The translations under genes were made by a program, and so were the position numbers. This document shows positions 18,480 through 27,620 of a stretch of 64,000 nt of DNA, piece by piece. Within the stretch, counting starts at the first letter, position 1. Each line of letters begins with the position of its first letter. The notes under the pieces are model-generated. The model was not told where the DNA came from, made no database searches, and saw only the letters and a program-made list of their open reading frames with translations. The stretch comes from Candidatus Binatia bacterium (GTDB taxonomy: Bacteria > Desulfobacterota > Binatia > UBA9968 > JAJDTQ01): the NCBI GenBank assembly GCA_963666515.2, contig OY762897.2:1920001-1984000 (forward strand). Direction: 5' to 3'.

Positions 18480-19310
18480 GTGAAGATACTGGTGACCGGA
18501 GGATTGGGAAAAGTCGGCGGGCCGGTGGTGGAGGAGCTGCTGGGCGGCGGACACGAGGTCACGGTGCTGGACCGTCTGCCCGGTCCCAGGGACGGCGGCG
18601 GCGCCAAGTACCTGGTGGGCGAGGTGCAGGATCTCGGTCAGATGATGGAAGCGGCCGCGGGGTCCGACGCCATCGTCCATCTCGCCGCGGTCCACAATCC
18701 CTACGTCGCCACCACCGGGGTCGTCTTCGAGACCAACGTCACCGGCACGTTCAACGCGCACCACGCGGCGTTCCGGCTGGGCATCCCGCGGGTGGTCTCC
18801 ACCAGCAGCAACGCCGCGGTGGGATGGGCCTACAGCGAAGGGACCTTCCTTCCCGACTACCTGCCCATCGACGAGGAGCACTCGTTGAGGCCCATCGACC
18901 CCTACGGGCTGTCGAAACAGGTGGGCGAGACCATCGCCCACTCCTACGCCCGCAAGGGCGTGGAAGCGGTGGTGATCCGCCCCAGCGGCGTGGTGACGCC
19001 GGACGCCCTCGACGAGATCCGCCGCAACGGCGGCCGAGAGCCCGGGGAGTGGCGCGAGTACAGCTACATCGACGTGCGCGACCTGGCCGTGGCCTTCCGG
19101 CTGGCCGTGGAGAAGCCGCTGCCCGGCGGCACGGTCATGTTCGTCGTAGCCGACGACAGCACCGTGGCCGAGCCGCTGTGCGACCTCCTGCCGCGCCTCA
19201 ACCCCGCCATCGGCGACCGCGCCCGTGCGCTCACCGGCACCCGGGCCGTCTTCACCAACGACCGGGCGAAGGAACTGATGGGATGGAAACCGGCGCACAC
19301 ATGGCGGTAG
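18480..19310 (+). CDS. NAD-dependent epimerase/dehydratase
   Basis: KILVTGGLGKVG, DAIVHLAA, NVTGTFN, STSS, YGLSK, YIDVRDLA; SD GGAGG before GTG 18480. Confidence 0.92.
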   Translation: MKILVTGGLGKVGGPVVEELLGGGHEVTVLDRLPGPRDGGGAKYLVGEVQDLGQMMEAAAGSDAIVHLAAVHNPYVATTGVVFETNVTGTFNAHHAAFRLGIPRVVSTSSNAAVGWAYSEGTFLPDYLPIDEEHSLRPIDPYGLSKQVGETIAHSYARKGVEAVVIRPSGVVTPDALDEIRRNGGREPGEWREYSYIDVRDLAVAFRLAVEKPLPGGTVMFVVADDSTVAEPLCDLLPRLNPAIGDRARALTGTRAVFTNDRAKELMGWKPAHTWR

Positions 19311-19337
19311 CCGCCCGAATCGTCATTCCGGCCCCTC

Positions 19338-19438
19338 CGTCATTCCGGCGAAAGCCGGAATCCAGGGGGTGGGGAGGGGCAGACGGGAGTGATTCCCTGC
19401 CCCACCCGTCCTGGATTCCGGCTTTCGCCGGAATGACG
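19338..19438. repeat. REP doublet (REPIN-like hairpin)
   Basis: CGTCATTCCGGCGAAAGCCGGAATCCAG ... CTGGATTCCGGCTTTCGCCGGAATGACG inverted pair; partial copies at 19321-19331 and 19491-19521. Confidence 0.85.
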
Positions 19439-19547
19439 ATTCGAGGCGTCCCTGCCATTCCGTATCCAATCGCAGTATTGACACGACCTGTTTCGCGGGC
19501 ATGACGGAGGACGGGAATGACAGAGACCGGCGTGGGGAGATGCAGGC

Positions 19548-20777
19548 ATGGGAACGCTGACCGCGCGTGACCTCGCCCGCGTGGGCCGCGGCACGCCCGC
19601 CGGCGAGTGGTTCCGGCGCTACTGGATGGTGGCGGCGCGCAGCGACGACCTGCGGGACATTCCGGCGCGGGTGCGCATCCTCGGCGAGAACCTGGTGCTG
19701 TTCCGGGACGGCGCGGGCCGCCTGGGGCTCCTGGGCCTTCACTGCCCCCACCGCGGCACCTCCCTGGAGTACGGCGACGTGGGGCCCGCGGGGCTGCGCT
19801 GCCCGTACCACGGCTGGCTCTTCGACGTCGCCGGCGCGTGCCTGGAGCAGCCGGCGGAGCCGCCGGGCAGCACGTTCCACGAGAAGGTGCGCCACCTCTC
19901 CTACCCGGTGCGGGAGCTGGGCGGGCTGATCTTCGCCTACCTCGGGCCGCCGGACCGAGAGCCGCCGCTGCCGCAATACGCGCCCCTGGCGGAGCCCGGC
20001 GGACAGCGGCGCATCGAGACGGCGCGCCATTACGACTACAACTGGTACAACTTCATCGAGAACGGCGCCGATCCCGCCCACTTCTCCACCCTGCACCTCT
20101 CCGACCCGGACGACGGCACTTGGCGGAGCTGGTTCTTCAACGCCAGGGACGTGCCGCCGTTCGACGCCGTGGAGACCGGCTACGGCATGAAGGTGGTGTC
20201 GCGGAAACCCGCGGCCGAGCCGGGCATGAGCTACGTGGACGAGAAGAGCTACGCGCTCCCCAGCGTCATGCAGATCGGCGACACCGAATTCACCCACTTC
20301 AAGGAACCAAAGGAGGCTCTGGCCCGGGGCTCCCGCAACGCCCACTGGATGTTCGTCACACCGGACGACGACGACCACTTCACCCTGTACACGGTGGACC
20401 ACTACACCGGCCCGGACCCGGATTTCATGACCAGGCTCGCACCGTCGCGGCGACCCGTCGCCACCGCGGAAAAACCCGATCACGACAACCGTCCGCTGTC
20501 GCCGTACCGGGGCAGCGTCCGCCTGGAGGACATCATGACCCAGTCCACCCAGGGGAACGTGGCCGCCCGCGAGGAACGCTTGGCGGCCTCCGACAAAGGC
20601 ATCATCCTCCAGCGCCGCCTCATCCTGAACGCCATCGACCGGGTGCGGCGAGGTCTGCGGCCCCAAGGCGTGCTTGCGCCGGAGGACGCTGACAGGCTCA
20701 TGTGCATGGATTCGTTCACCGGCATCCGGGCGGACCCGCCAGCGCCGGATGGCGATACCGCTACGGCATCCGATTGA
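19548..20777 (+). CDS. Rieske non-heme iron oxygenase (phthalate 4,5-dioxygenase-like) subunit
   Basis: CPHRG...CPYHGW Rieske motif; ENGADPAHFSTLH mononuclear iron motif; ERLAASDKGI. Confidence 0.9.
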   Translation: MGTLTARDLARVGRGTPAGEWFRRYWMVAARSDDLRDIPARVRILGENLVLFRDGAGRLGLLGLHCPHRGTSLEYGDVGPAGLRCPYHGWLFDVAGACLEQPAEPPGSTFHEKVRHLSYPVRELGGLIFAYLGPPDREPPLPQYAPLAEPGGQRRIETARHYDYNWYNFIENGADPAHFSTLHLSDPDDGTWRSWFFNARDVPPFDAVETGYGMKVVSRKPAAEPGMSYVDEKSYALPSVMQIGDTEFTHFKEPKEALARGSRNAHWMFVTPDDDDHFTLYTVDHYTGPDPDFMTRLAPSRRPVATAEKPDHDNRPLSPYRGSVRLEDIMTQSTQGNVAAREERLAASDKGIILQRRLILNAIDRVRRGLRPQGVLAPEDADRLMCMDSFTGIRADPPAPDGDTATASD

Positions 20778-20847
20778 TCCGCCTCGGGTTCAGCCCCCGG
20801 CACGGACCCGGCGCCTGACACCGCCCTCGCAGAAAAAAGGAGTTGTC

Positions 20848-21390
20848 ATGTTCCCACACCTCACCCGCTTCAATCTGCAAAACTGGATCGACGAGAACCG
20901 CGCCGACTGGGGCCGGCGGCGGGTCATCTGGGAGGACTCGGACTTCATCGTCTTCGTGACACGCGGTCCCAACACCCGCACCGACTTCCACATCAACCCC
21001 GGAGACGAGATCTTCTACCAACTCGAAGGCGAGCTGAACCTCCACTACCTGACCCCGGAGCACGAGCCGGAGGTCGCCGTCCTCCAGGAGGGCGAAATGT
21101 TCCTGCTGCCCGCGCTGGTGCCCCACTCGCCGCGGCGGGAGGACGGCTCCTATACCCTGGTGGTGGAACGGGTGCGGCGGCCGGACGAAACCGACCGCTT
21201 CATCTGGGTGTGCGGAAAGTGCGCCCACACGCTCTACGAGGCCACGGCCCGGTTCAATGAACCCGCGGACACGGTGCAGAAGGCCTACGAGGCCATGGCC
21301 GCGGACGAGTCCCTGCGCCACTGCTCCCAATGCGGAAACACCGAAGCTCCGGTCCGAAGCGAAGGGCCGGCGTTCGTCTGGAAGGGTTAG
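20848..21390 (+). CDS. nbaC: 3-hydroxyanthranilate 3,4-dioxygenase-like protein
   Basis: FNLQNWIDEN, GPNTRTDFH, EIFYQLEG, FLLPALVPHSPRR, LVVER, CGKC...CSQCG rubredoxin-like site. Confidence 0.8.
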   Translation: MFPHLTRFNLQNWIDENRADWGRRRVIWEDSDFIVFVTRGPNTRTDFHINPGDEIFYQLEGELNLHYLTPEHEPEVAVLQEGEMFLLPALVPHSPRREDGSYTLVVERVRRPDETDRFIWVCGKCAHTLYEATARFNEPADTVQKAYEAMAADESLRHCSQCGNTEAPVRSEGPAFVWKG

Positions 21391-21419
21391 CCGAACGGCA
21401 GCACACCGGAGGTCATGCC

Positions 21420-22466
21420 ATGGCCGTCATCGACGCCGATTGCCACGTCATCGAGTGCGAGGAAACCTGGGAGTACATGGAGGGCGAGGACCGGCGCTAC
21501 AAGCCCCGCATCCTGGAGGCCGCGGACCAGTCGGACCCGCTCCGCCGAAACGACTTCTGGCTCTTCGACAGCAACCTGGAGCCCAAGCGGGCGTTTCCGG
21601 CCGTCACCTCCGGCACGAGTCCGGAGTCGTCGGAGTTGCGGGACGTGGAGGCGCGGCTCAAGCACATGGACGAGTTGGGAACCGACATCCAGGTGCTCTA
21701 CCCCACTACCCTGCTGGGCCTCGCCACCTTAGCCCGCCCGCGCACCCAGATCGCCATGTGCCGCGCCTACAACCGCTGGATGGGCGACATCTGGCGCCGG
21801 GGCGAGGGACGGCTGCGCTGGGTGGCGACGCTGCCGCTGGAAACCATGGACGTGGCCCTGGAGGAGCTCCGTTTCAGCCGTGACAACGGCGCCTGCGGCT
21901 TCCTGCTGCAGGGCCTCATGGGCGAGCGCGTGCCCATCGACGAGTACTACTTCCCGGTCTACGCCGAGGCCAGCCGCCTGGACATGGCGGTGTGCATCCA
22001 CTCGGGACTCGTGAACCACGCCCTGAGCGGCATCTTCCACTCCCGCGCCACCGCGCTGTGGATGGCCAAGGTGCCCATCATCACCGCCTTCCACGCGCTG
22101 GTGCTGAGCCGCGTCCCGGACCGCTTCCCGGATCTCCGCTGGGGCTTCCTCGAAGCCGCCGCCTCCTGGGTCCCCTACGTCATCACCGACCTGGGCGCCC
22201 GCCTCGACCGCACCGGCACCCGCAAGCTCGACGAGAACGTCCTGCGCCGGAACCGCTTCTATGTCGCCTGCCAGACCGAGGAGGACCTGCCCTACATCCT
22301 GCAGCACGCCGGCGAGGACCACATCGTCATCGGCTCCGACTACGGCCACGCTGACACCTCCAGCCAACTGGAGGCGCTCAAGATTCTGCAGGGGAATGAA
22401 TCGGTGAGCACAGATGCCCGCCGCAAGATCGTGGACGACAACGCCAGGGCGCTGTACGGGCTGTAG
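21420..22466 (+). CDS. Amidohydrolase_2 family protein (ACMSD-like decarboxylase/hydratase)
   Basis: VIDADCH, RLKHMDELGTDIQVLYPT, RAYNRW, VCIH, GFLEAAASWVP, GSDYGHAD. Confidence 0.88.
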   Translation: MAVIDADCHVIECEETWEYMEGEDRRYKPRILEAADQSDPLRRNDFWLFDSNLEPKRAFPAVTSGTSPESSELRDVEARLKHMDELGTDIQVLYPTTLLGLATLARPRTQIAMCRAYNRWMGDIWRRGEGRLRWVATLPLETMDVALEELRFSRDNGACGFLLQGLMGERVPIDEYYFPVYAEASRLDMAVCIHSGLVNHALSGIFHSRATALWMAKVPIITAFHALVLSRVPDRFPDLRWGFLEAAASWVPYVITDLGARLDRTGTRKLDENVLRRNRFYVACQTEEDLPYILQHAGEDHIVIGSDYGHADTSSQLEALKILQGNESVSTDARRKIVDDNARALYGL

Positions 22467-23104
22467 GGCGTATATGTGGCCGCGCGACTCCCGGACCAAG
22501 GGTCCGCGCTCTCATTCAGTTTTCGGAGCGGGCGGCTTTTCGTGGGGTTCGACCGCTTGTACACGCGGTCCCAACGAAAGCGCGGTCAATATCAGGTTCA
22601 TGTTGGCCGCCATGTCGTCGAACCTCTGGTTGATGCGACTCTCCAACTGGACAAACCGGTTGTCCATCTGGATGAACCGGCCATCGACCTGCCTGAACCG
22701 GTCGTCGATCTGCTTGAAGCGCTCGTCAACCTGCGCGAACCGGTCGTCCACCTGCTTGAACCGGTCATCAACCTGCGCGAAGCGCTCGTCCACCTGCTTG
22801 AAGCGGTCGTCGATCCGCGCGAAGCGGCGGTCCAGCCGATTCTCCATCCGGTCCAGCCGGCCGATGATCTCCCCGTACAGGTTCTCGTAGTTGTCGACCC
22901 GCCCGTCCAACCGGTTGATCTCGGGCCTGACCTGGGCGTGGATGGCCCACTGAGCGGCCGCCGCAAGTGTCGTCACCAGCATCACCGCAGCGACCATCAC
23001 TCCCGCATATTCCTTCAGTTTTTCCACCGCCACCGTGCCTCCGTTTCACGTATGATAGTATATACAATCGGCCGGTCAAGCCATTTCCTTAGCTGGAAAT
23101 GGCC
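22322..23104. repeat. Segmental duplication copy 1 (pairs with 26571-27196)
   Basis: Sequence from CATCGTCATCGGCTCCGACTAC to AGCTGGAAATGGCC recurs with substitutions and deletions. Confidence 0.92.
22512..23033 (-). CDS. Membrane-anchored heptad-repeat coiled-coil protein, copy 1 (173 aa)
   Basis: N-terminal hydrophobic helix, nine RFxQxDx heptads (21-bp repeats); SD GGAGG and a TTGACC-N16-TATCAT promoter-like motif upstream. Confidence 0.8.
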   Translation of the reverse strand: MAVEKLKEYAGVMVAAVMLVTTLAAAAQWAIHAQVRPEINRLDGRVDNYENLYGEIIGRLDRMENRLDRRFARIDDRFKQVDERFAQVDDRFKQVDDRFAQVDERFKQIDDRFRQVDGRFIQMDNRFVQLESRINQRFDDMAANMNLILTALSLGPRVQAVEPHEKPPAPKTE

Positions 23105-23349
23105 TTGTTGCCCCCCTCCGCCCGGCCCTGGCTCCGGCCTTCCTCCCGGCCCTTTACGCATCCCAGTACCGAATACGGGTCTCATCGCGGCTCAGCCGTA
23201 CATGGATCGATGGTCTCAACGCCGGTATTGCAGAACTCTCCCGTGTTTTCGCGTCACGATGGCGAGATCGCGACATGCTGCGGCTCCAGCGAGAAAGGCG
23301 GCCGGAACATGATCGTCCCCGGCGCTCTCGTCCCCTACCAGCGCTGTAG

Positions 23350-24070
23350 CGCGGGCGCGACTTCCGACGAGGTGACGGCCATGCCGCTGGCGCCGTCCTC
23401 GTTCGGCACGAACACGATCGCCGACTATCGCTTCGCGCAGAACGTCGCGCTCACCACGGTGACCCTGCCGAAGGCAACCGGCGGGCTCGCGCCGCCGGCG
23501 TATTCCCTGGCCAAGACCACCGGCAGCCCGGCGGTGCCGCCGGGGCTCACGTTCACCGCGTCGTCGCGGCAGCTCTCCGGCACCCCGACGACGCTGCAGA
23601 CCGCTACGGAGTACACCTACACCGTCACCGACAGCTCAACGCCCGCCAACACCGCGACGCTGACCTTCGACATCGCAGTGGAGCCGGAAAGCATGCCGTC
23701 GCTGGGGGCCGTGACGGACCGGAGCTTCTACCAAGGGAGCGCCATCGCCGACGTGGTGCTACCGGCGGCGACGGGCGGCAACGCGCCGCTCATCTACACG
23801 CTGGCGAAGACCACCGCCACCCAATCGGCCGCGGAATACACCTACACAACACCGCCCACACCGCCAACGCCGGCGCTGACCGGCGGGCGGCGCTCGAGGC
23901 GACCGTGACCCTCGACGCAGCAAGAGCAGCGACCCCGAGAAGCAGATCCTCACCTTCGCTTGGATCCAGACCGGCACGCCGGCGGTGACGCTTTCCAGCG
24001 CGACCGCGGCGAGGCGCACCTTCAGCGCGCCGGCGGTGGCCGCGGACGTGACCCTGACCTCAGCCCCATC
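23350..24070 (+). pseudogene. Decayed fragment of the giant adhesin gene
   Basis: Aligns by eye to 28633 onward (SFGTNTI.DY...LPKATGGLAP...), with internal deletions and frameshifts, no signal peptide. Confidence 0.85.
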
Positions 24071-24348
24071 ATGACCGCCGGCCGTCACCGCGATGGTGAT
24101 ATCGGGGAAACCTGGCGACTGACCAGCCGCCTAGCCTTGTACAGGGTGCGGTTTGTTCCTACAATAGCCTTGGCAGCGTCGTGTAAGTTGCAGATTCAAG
24201 AAAAGAAACTCGCCGTTGAAAGACGGGGACAAAACTTCTCCGCCGGCAAGTTCGTGGTTGGCGTGAAACCTTCAAGGATCGTAACCAGCTGATTTGACTA
24301 TGAAATGTGTTGGACACTACTGATAGGATATTATAGGATATACATTGT

Positions 24349-25476
24349 TCAAAATCGTCGCCGTCCTTCTTGGAGGAACTCGAGAAACTCTGATTGCTTG
24401 TACCTTCCTTCCTCGACTTGTGTCTGGAACTCTTCGAAAGCGTCCAACAATTTCGGATTTCTGATTATCGATGCCTTCTTCCTCCTAAACGCCCTTCTCC
24501 ATTCTCTGGCACTGAACTTGACGGTCAAAAATGTTAGTGACAGGTCCGTATTGATAGCAACCCTCGATGACCGAACGATCTCTCGCTGTTTACCTTCTAA
24601 AGATCGGTCTGTCGCAACCACCTGAAGGTCCGACCTCATTTTACTTCTAAAGTTCTTTGCTTTCTCGTGTAATATTGCCACGTCGAGAGGTGTGTCCCGA
24701 AAATAAATGTTTTCCGATGCCGAGCAAAACTGGAGTATATTCAATTGCTCCGCGTCACGGCTACGATCAATGTAAACTGTTTTGTTATTGTCATCGCCTA
24801 CCCGGTAAACATCCTCGTCGTAAAGCACGATCATATGTCGTGGGTCAATTGGCAGAAAAATTTGTAGTCCCTTCGCTGCTAAACCAGTATTGCTTCCATA
24901 TCTTCGAAAAGACATGAGTTGATTGTAAAATATTACTGGATTGTCTGAGGTTACAAAATCCGTAACCGTCTTGTTAAGCAATACTTTACACGTCAAGTCA
25001 AAAAGAAGCGGATAAAGGGGAATTACGCTGGAAAGTGCCCTCAGACCCGGTTCCTCGAAGCCGATTCGGAAGGCGTTCATATCTATCCCCTGAGGTATCC
25101 TCGAATCCTTTACCAAGTATTTCGCCAGCTTATCCGTCACGTCTTCTAGTTCATCCGCCATATGTGACGTCCGACCATGTTGCGTCAAGATAGAAAAAAC
25201 GAGAAGCTGATGCTCTTCAGAGCCGAAAGAAGGCGGGACAGACGTTTCTCCTATTGAGCGCAGCACCTGCGCGGCGTCACCTTCCATTGTTGACAGTGCT
25301 TGCTCGACAATAGGGTCCTTGCCGTAGAAATAATCTCCATAACATTGGTTCTTGAGATTAGCGTTACAAATACTGATCCTCCGGTTGATATTCCAAATGT
25401 TTATGCTTCTACGATCTTTCGAGAATCGTCTTAGATAGAAACGCGGTACAAAATGTTGTCGCTTGTTTTGCGGCAC
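24349..25476 (-). CDS. DUF4238 domain protein (candidate anti-phage)
   Basis: KRQHFVPRFYLRRFS, VEQALSTMEG, FVTSDNPV, IFLPIDPR motifs; AT-rich relative to flanks; GTG start behind GGGAGG. Confidence 0.85.
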   Translation of the reverse strand: MPQNKRQHFVPRFYLRRFSKDRRSINIWNINRRISICNANLKNQCYGDYFYGKDPIVEQALSTMEGDAAQVLRSIGETSVPPSFGSEEHQLLVFSILTQHGRTSHMADELEDVTDKLAKYLVKDSRIPQGIDMNAFRIGFEEPGLRALSSVIPLYPLLFDLTCKVLLNKTVTDFVTSDNPVIFYNQLMSFRRYGSNTGLAAKGLQIFLPIDPRHMIVLYDEDVYRVGDDNNKTVYIDRSRDAEQLNILQFCSASENIYFRDTPLDVAILHEKAKNFRSKMRSDLQVVATDRSLEGKQREIVRSSRVAINTDLSLTFLTVKFSAREWRRAFRRKKASIIRNPKLLDAFEEFQTQVEEGRYKQSEFLEFLQEGRRRF

Positions 25477-25619
25477 TGACCTGCCTCCCAAGATGTCCTC
25501 GCCGATAATTTGCTGGGTTTTCGCTGTGCTTCGCCACGGACTCCGTCGGTCAGTCCACTTTCTTCGGAATAGCGCCTTTCCACACACGTGTACGTGCGGC
25601 GTTGAAGAAGGCTGCGCGA

Positions 25620-25760
25620 CTCTGCCGAAATGGGGTTGAAAGACCTTAGTTTCAGCGGGAAAGGAGAAACGCCACCATGGGAGAGGATAGGAAAGAAAGG
25701 GATGGGAGTCCAGTGTTTGTGGACGAATTGAGCGAGATGCTGAGGGCCGGGCACAGCTGA
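25620..25760 (+). mobile_element. Possible IS256-like left-end remnant with 27-aa truncated ORF (25677-25760)
   Basis: AAAGGAG SD then MGEDRKERDGSPVFVDELSEMLRAGHS*, reminiscent of IS256 transposase N-termini (D.L.E.LR.G); recognition by eye only. Confidence 0.3.
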
Positions 25761-25806
25761 ACCCGCCGGGTTTATTTACCGAACACGCTACTGTACCCAA
25801 TAGGTG

Positions 25807-26259
25807 TCATCGCGACCTTTCCAGCGCGGCAACCCCGTCAAAGGGATCGATGGCGGGGATGCCAAGCGGCGTGAAGTGGCGTAGGTTACGGGTCAGAATG
25901 GTCAAATTGCGGCTGCCGGCCGTCGCCGCGATGGCGATATCGGCGAAACCGGGCGATTGACCAGCCGCCCGGGCCTTGTCCGAAAGCTCACCCGCCAGAC
26001 CTGCGGCGGCGACATCAAATGGCAGAACCCGTGAACCGTAGAGATGGAGCACGGTCTTGAGCCAGTTACCGAGATCGTCAGCTCGGGATTGCGAGCGTGT
26101 GCGCCGCACTTTGGCAATACCATCGGATATCTCGGCCACTGTGACCACCGAGAGAAACAGATCATCCGAATGAGAGTCCATCCAGCCCATCAGGTATTCC
26201 GGTCGCTCACGACGACCCGGAGAGGCGATTGAGACCACGTTGGTATCGATCAGATACAC
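25807..26259 (-). CDS. vapC: VapC family PIN toxin
   Basis: MYLIDTNVVS, LFLSVVTVAEI..G, RVLPFD, ADIAIAATA, ILTRNLRHF, IDPF. Confidence 0.93.
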   Translation of the reverse strand: MYLIDTNVVSIASPGRRERPEYLMGWMDSHSDDLFLSVVTVAEISDGIAKVRRTRSQSRADDLGNWLKTVLHLYGSRVLPFDVAAAGLAGELSDKARAAGQSPGFADIAIAATAGSRNLTILTRNLRHFTPLGIPAIDPFDGVAALERSR

Positions 26260-26267
26260 TCTTGCCT

Positions 26268-26510
26268 CTACAGTTCGGTGTCACGTAGTGGGCTCGTATC
26301 GCGCGGTGTCAGGTCTCCGTCCTCGACCGGCGCGGAAAGGAGCAGCCGGCCGAACGACGGCACACTGCGAAGTCGGTCCCACTCCTCGATTCCAAGCAAC
26401 ACGGCTCGTGGCTTTCCATGCCGCGTAATGACGGCGGTCTCCCCTTCCGCCGCCCCCTCTACCAAGGCCGAAAGCTGGGCCTTCGCGTCTCGCAACTGAA
26501 TCTGCCGCAT
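26268..26510 (-). CDS. Phd/YefM family antitoxin
   Basis: MRQIQLRDAKAQLSALVEGAAEGETAVITRHGKPRAVLLGIEEW. Confidence 0.92.
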   Translation of the reverse strand: MRQIQLRDAKAQLSALVEGAAEGETAVITRHGKPRAVLLGIEEWDRLRSVPSFGRLLLSAPVEDGDLTPRDTSPLRDTEL

Positions 26511-26526
26511 GACGACCCTCCAAAGA

Positions 26527-26537
26527 ACTACTGTAGT
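26527..26537. promoter_or_regulatory. Possible TA operator palindrome ACTAC-T-GTAGT
   Basis: Inverted repeat 17 bp upstream of the antitoxin start. Confidence 0.35.
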
Positions 26538-26570
26538 CCGAATAGCTCAGAAATCAAGAAGACACAAGGT

Positions 26571-27196
26571 CACCGTCATCGGCTCCGACTACGGCCACGC
26601 CGACACCTCCAGCCGATTGGATGCGCTCAAGATTCTGCAAGGGAATGAATCGGTGATCACAGATGCCCGCCGCAAAGGGGCTGCGCTCTCATTCAGCTTG
26701 CGGAGCGGGCGGCTTTTCATGAGGTTCGACCGCTGGTACATGCGGTCCCAACGAAAGTGCGGTCAATATCAGGTTCATGTTGGCCGCCATGTCGTCGAAC
26801 CTCTGGTTGATGCGACTCTCCAACTGGACAAACCGGTTGTCCATCTGGATGAACCGGTCATCGACCTGCGCGAAGCGGTCGTCCACCTGCTTGAAGCGCT
26901 CGTCGATCCGCGCGAAGCGGCGGTCCAGCCGACTTTCCATCCGGTCCAGCCGGCCGATGATCTCCCCGTACAGATTCTCGTAGTTGTCGACCCGCCCGTC
27001 CAGCCGGTTGATCTCCGGCCTCACCTGGGCGTGGATGGCCCACTGTACGGCCGCAGCAAGTGTCGTCACCAGCATCACCGCGGCCACCATCACTCCCGCA
27101 TATTCCTTCAGTTTTTCCACCGCCACCGTGCCTCCGTTTCAGCATGATAGTATATGCAATCGGCCGGTCAAGCCATTTCCTTAGCTGGAAATGGCC
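26571..27196. repeat. Segmental duplication copy 2 (amidohydrolase 3' fragment + coiled-coil gene + upstream region)
   Basis: Encodes VIGSDYGHADTSSRLDALKILQGNESVITDARRK, nearly identical to the amidohydrolase C-terminus. Confidence 0.92.
26689..27126 (-). CDS. Membrane-anchored heptad-repeat coiled-coil protein, copy 2 (145 aa)
   Basis: Near-identical to 22512-23033 but four heptads (28 aa) shorter. Confidence 0.8.
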   Translation of the reverse strand: MAVEKLKEYAGVMVAAVMLVTTLAAAVQWAIHAQVRPEINRLDGRVDNYENLYGEIIGRLDRMESRLDRRFARIDERFKQVDDRFAQVDDRFIQMDNRFVQLESRINQRFDDMAANMNLILTALSLGPHVPAVEPHEKPPAPQAE

Positions 27197-27620
27197 GACG
27201 AACCGGACGGTGATGCTGGAGTTCATGTCAGCGGCCTCCTGCTGAGCGTCGAGTATTTGACAGTCCTCCCCGGCGCTCTCGTACAGTCCCCCTCTCGACC
27301 CATCAGGCACCCTTTCCCGGAGCCCTGTCCCTGACCCTTCTCGGGATTTTCCCTTTCGAGAAACCATCCCTGAATCGGGCACTCGTCTTTCTCCATGAAG
27401 GCTCAATGTGTCCAAGCAAGCGCCTCCACTCCGAGACTGTCCCTACTTATGAAAATAATCCCTGAATTTCGTGCTTTTTTTCATTTCAAGAAGGCTTTAA
27501 TATGTCCGAATGACTGCACCAATTCGCCAGAATCGACGCCTGCTCGTGGGACACGTCGCCGGAAGCCTGTCCGATTAGTCGCATCGTAGCGAGAGGCAGA
27601 GAACCGAAGGTCCTTCGTCC

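Noticed and set aside
22660-22830. 21-bp repeats as CRISPR or iteron array
   Set aside because: They are contiguous and encode the heptads of the coiled-coil protein
24215-25644. 10-bp direct repeat GTTGAAAGAC flanking DUF4238 as a target-site duplication
   Set aside because: No terminal inverted repeats inside it and the AT-rich region extends beyond; may be chance
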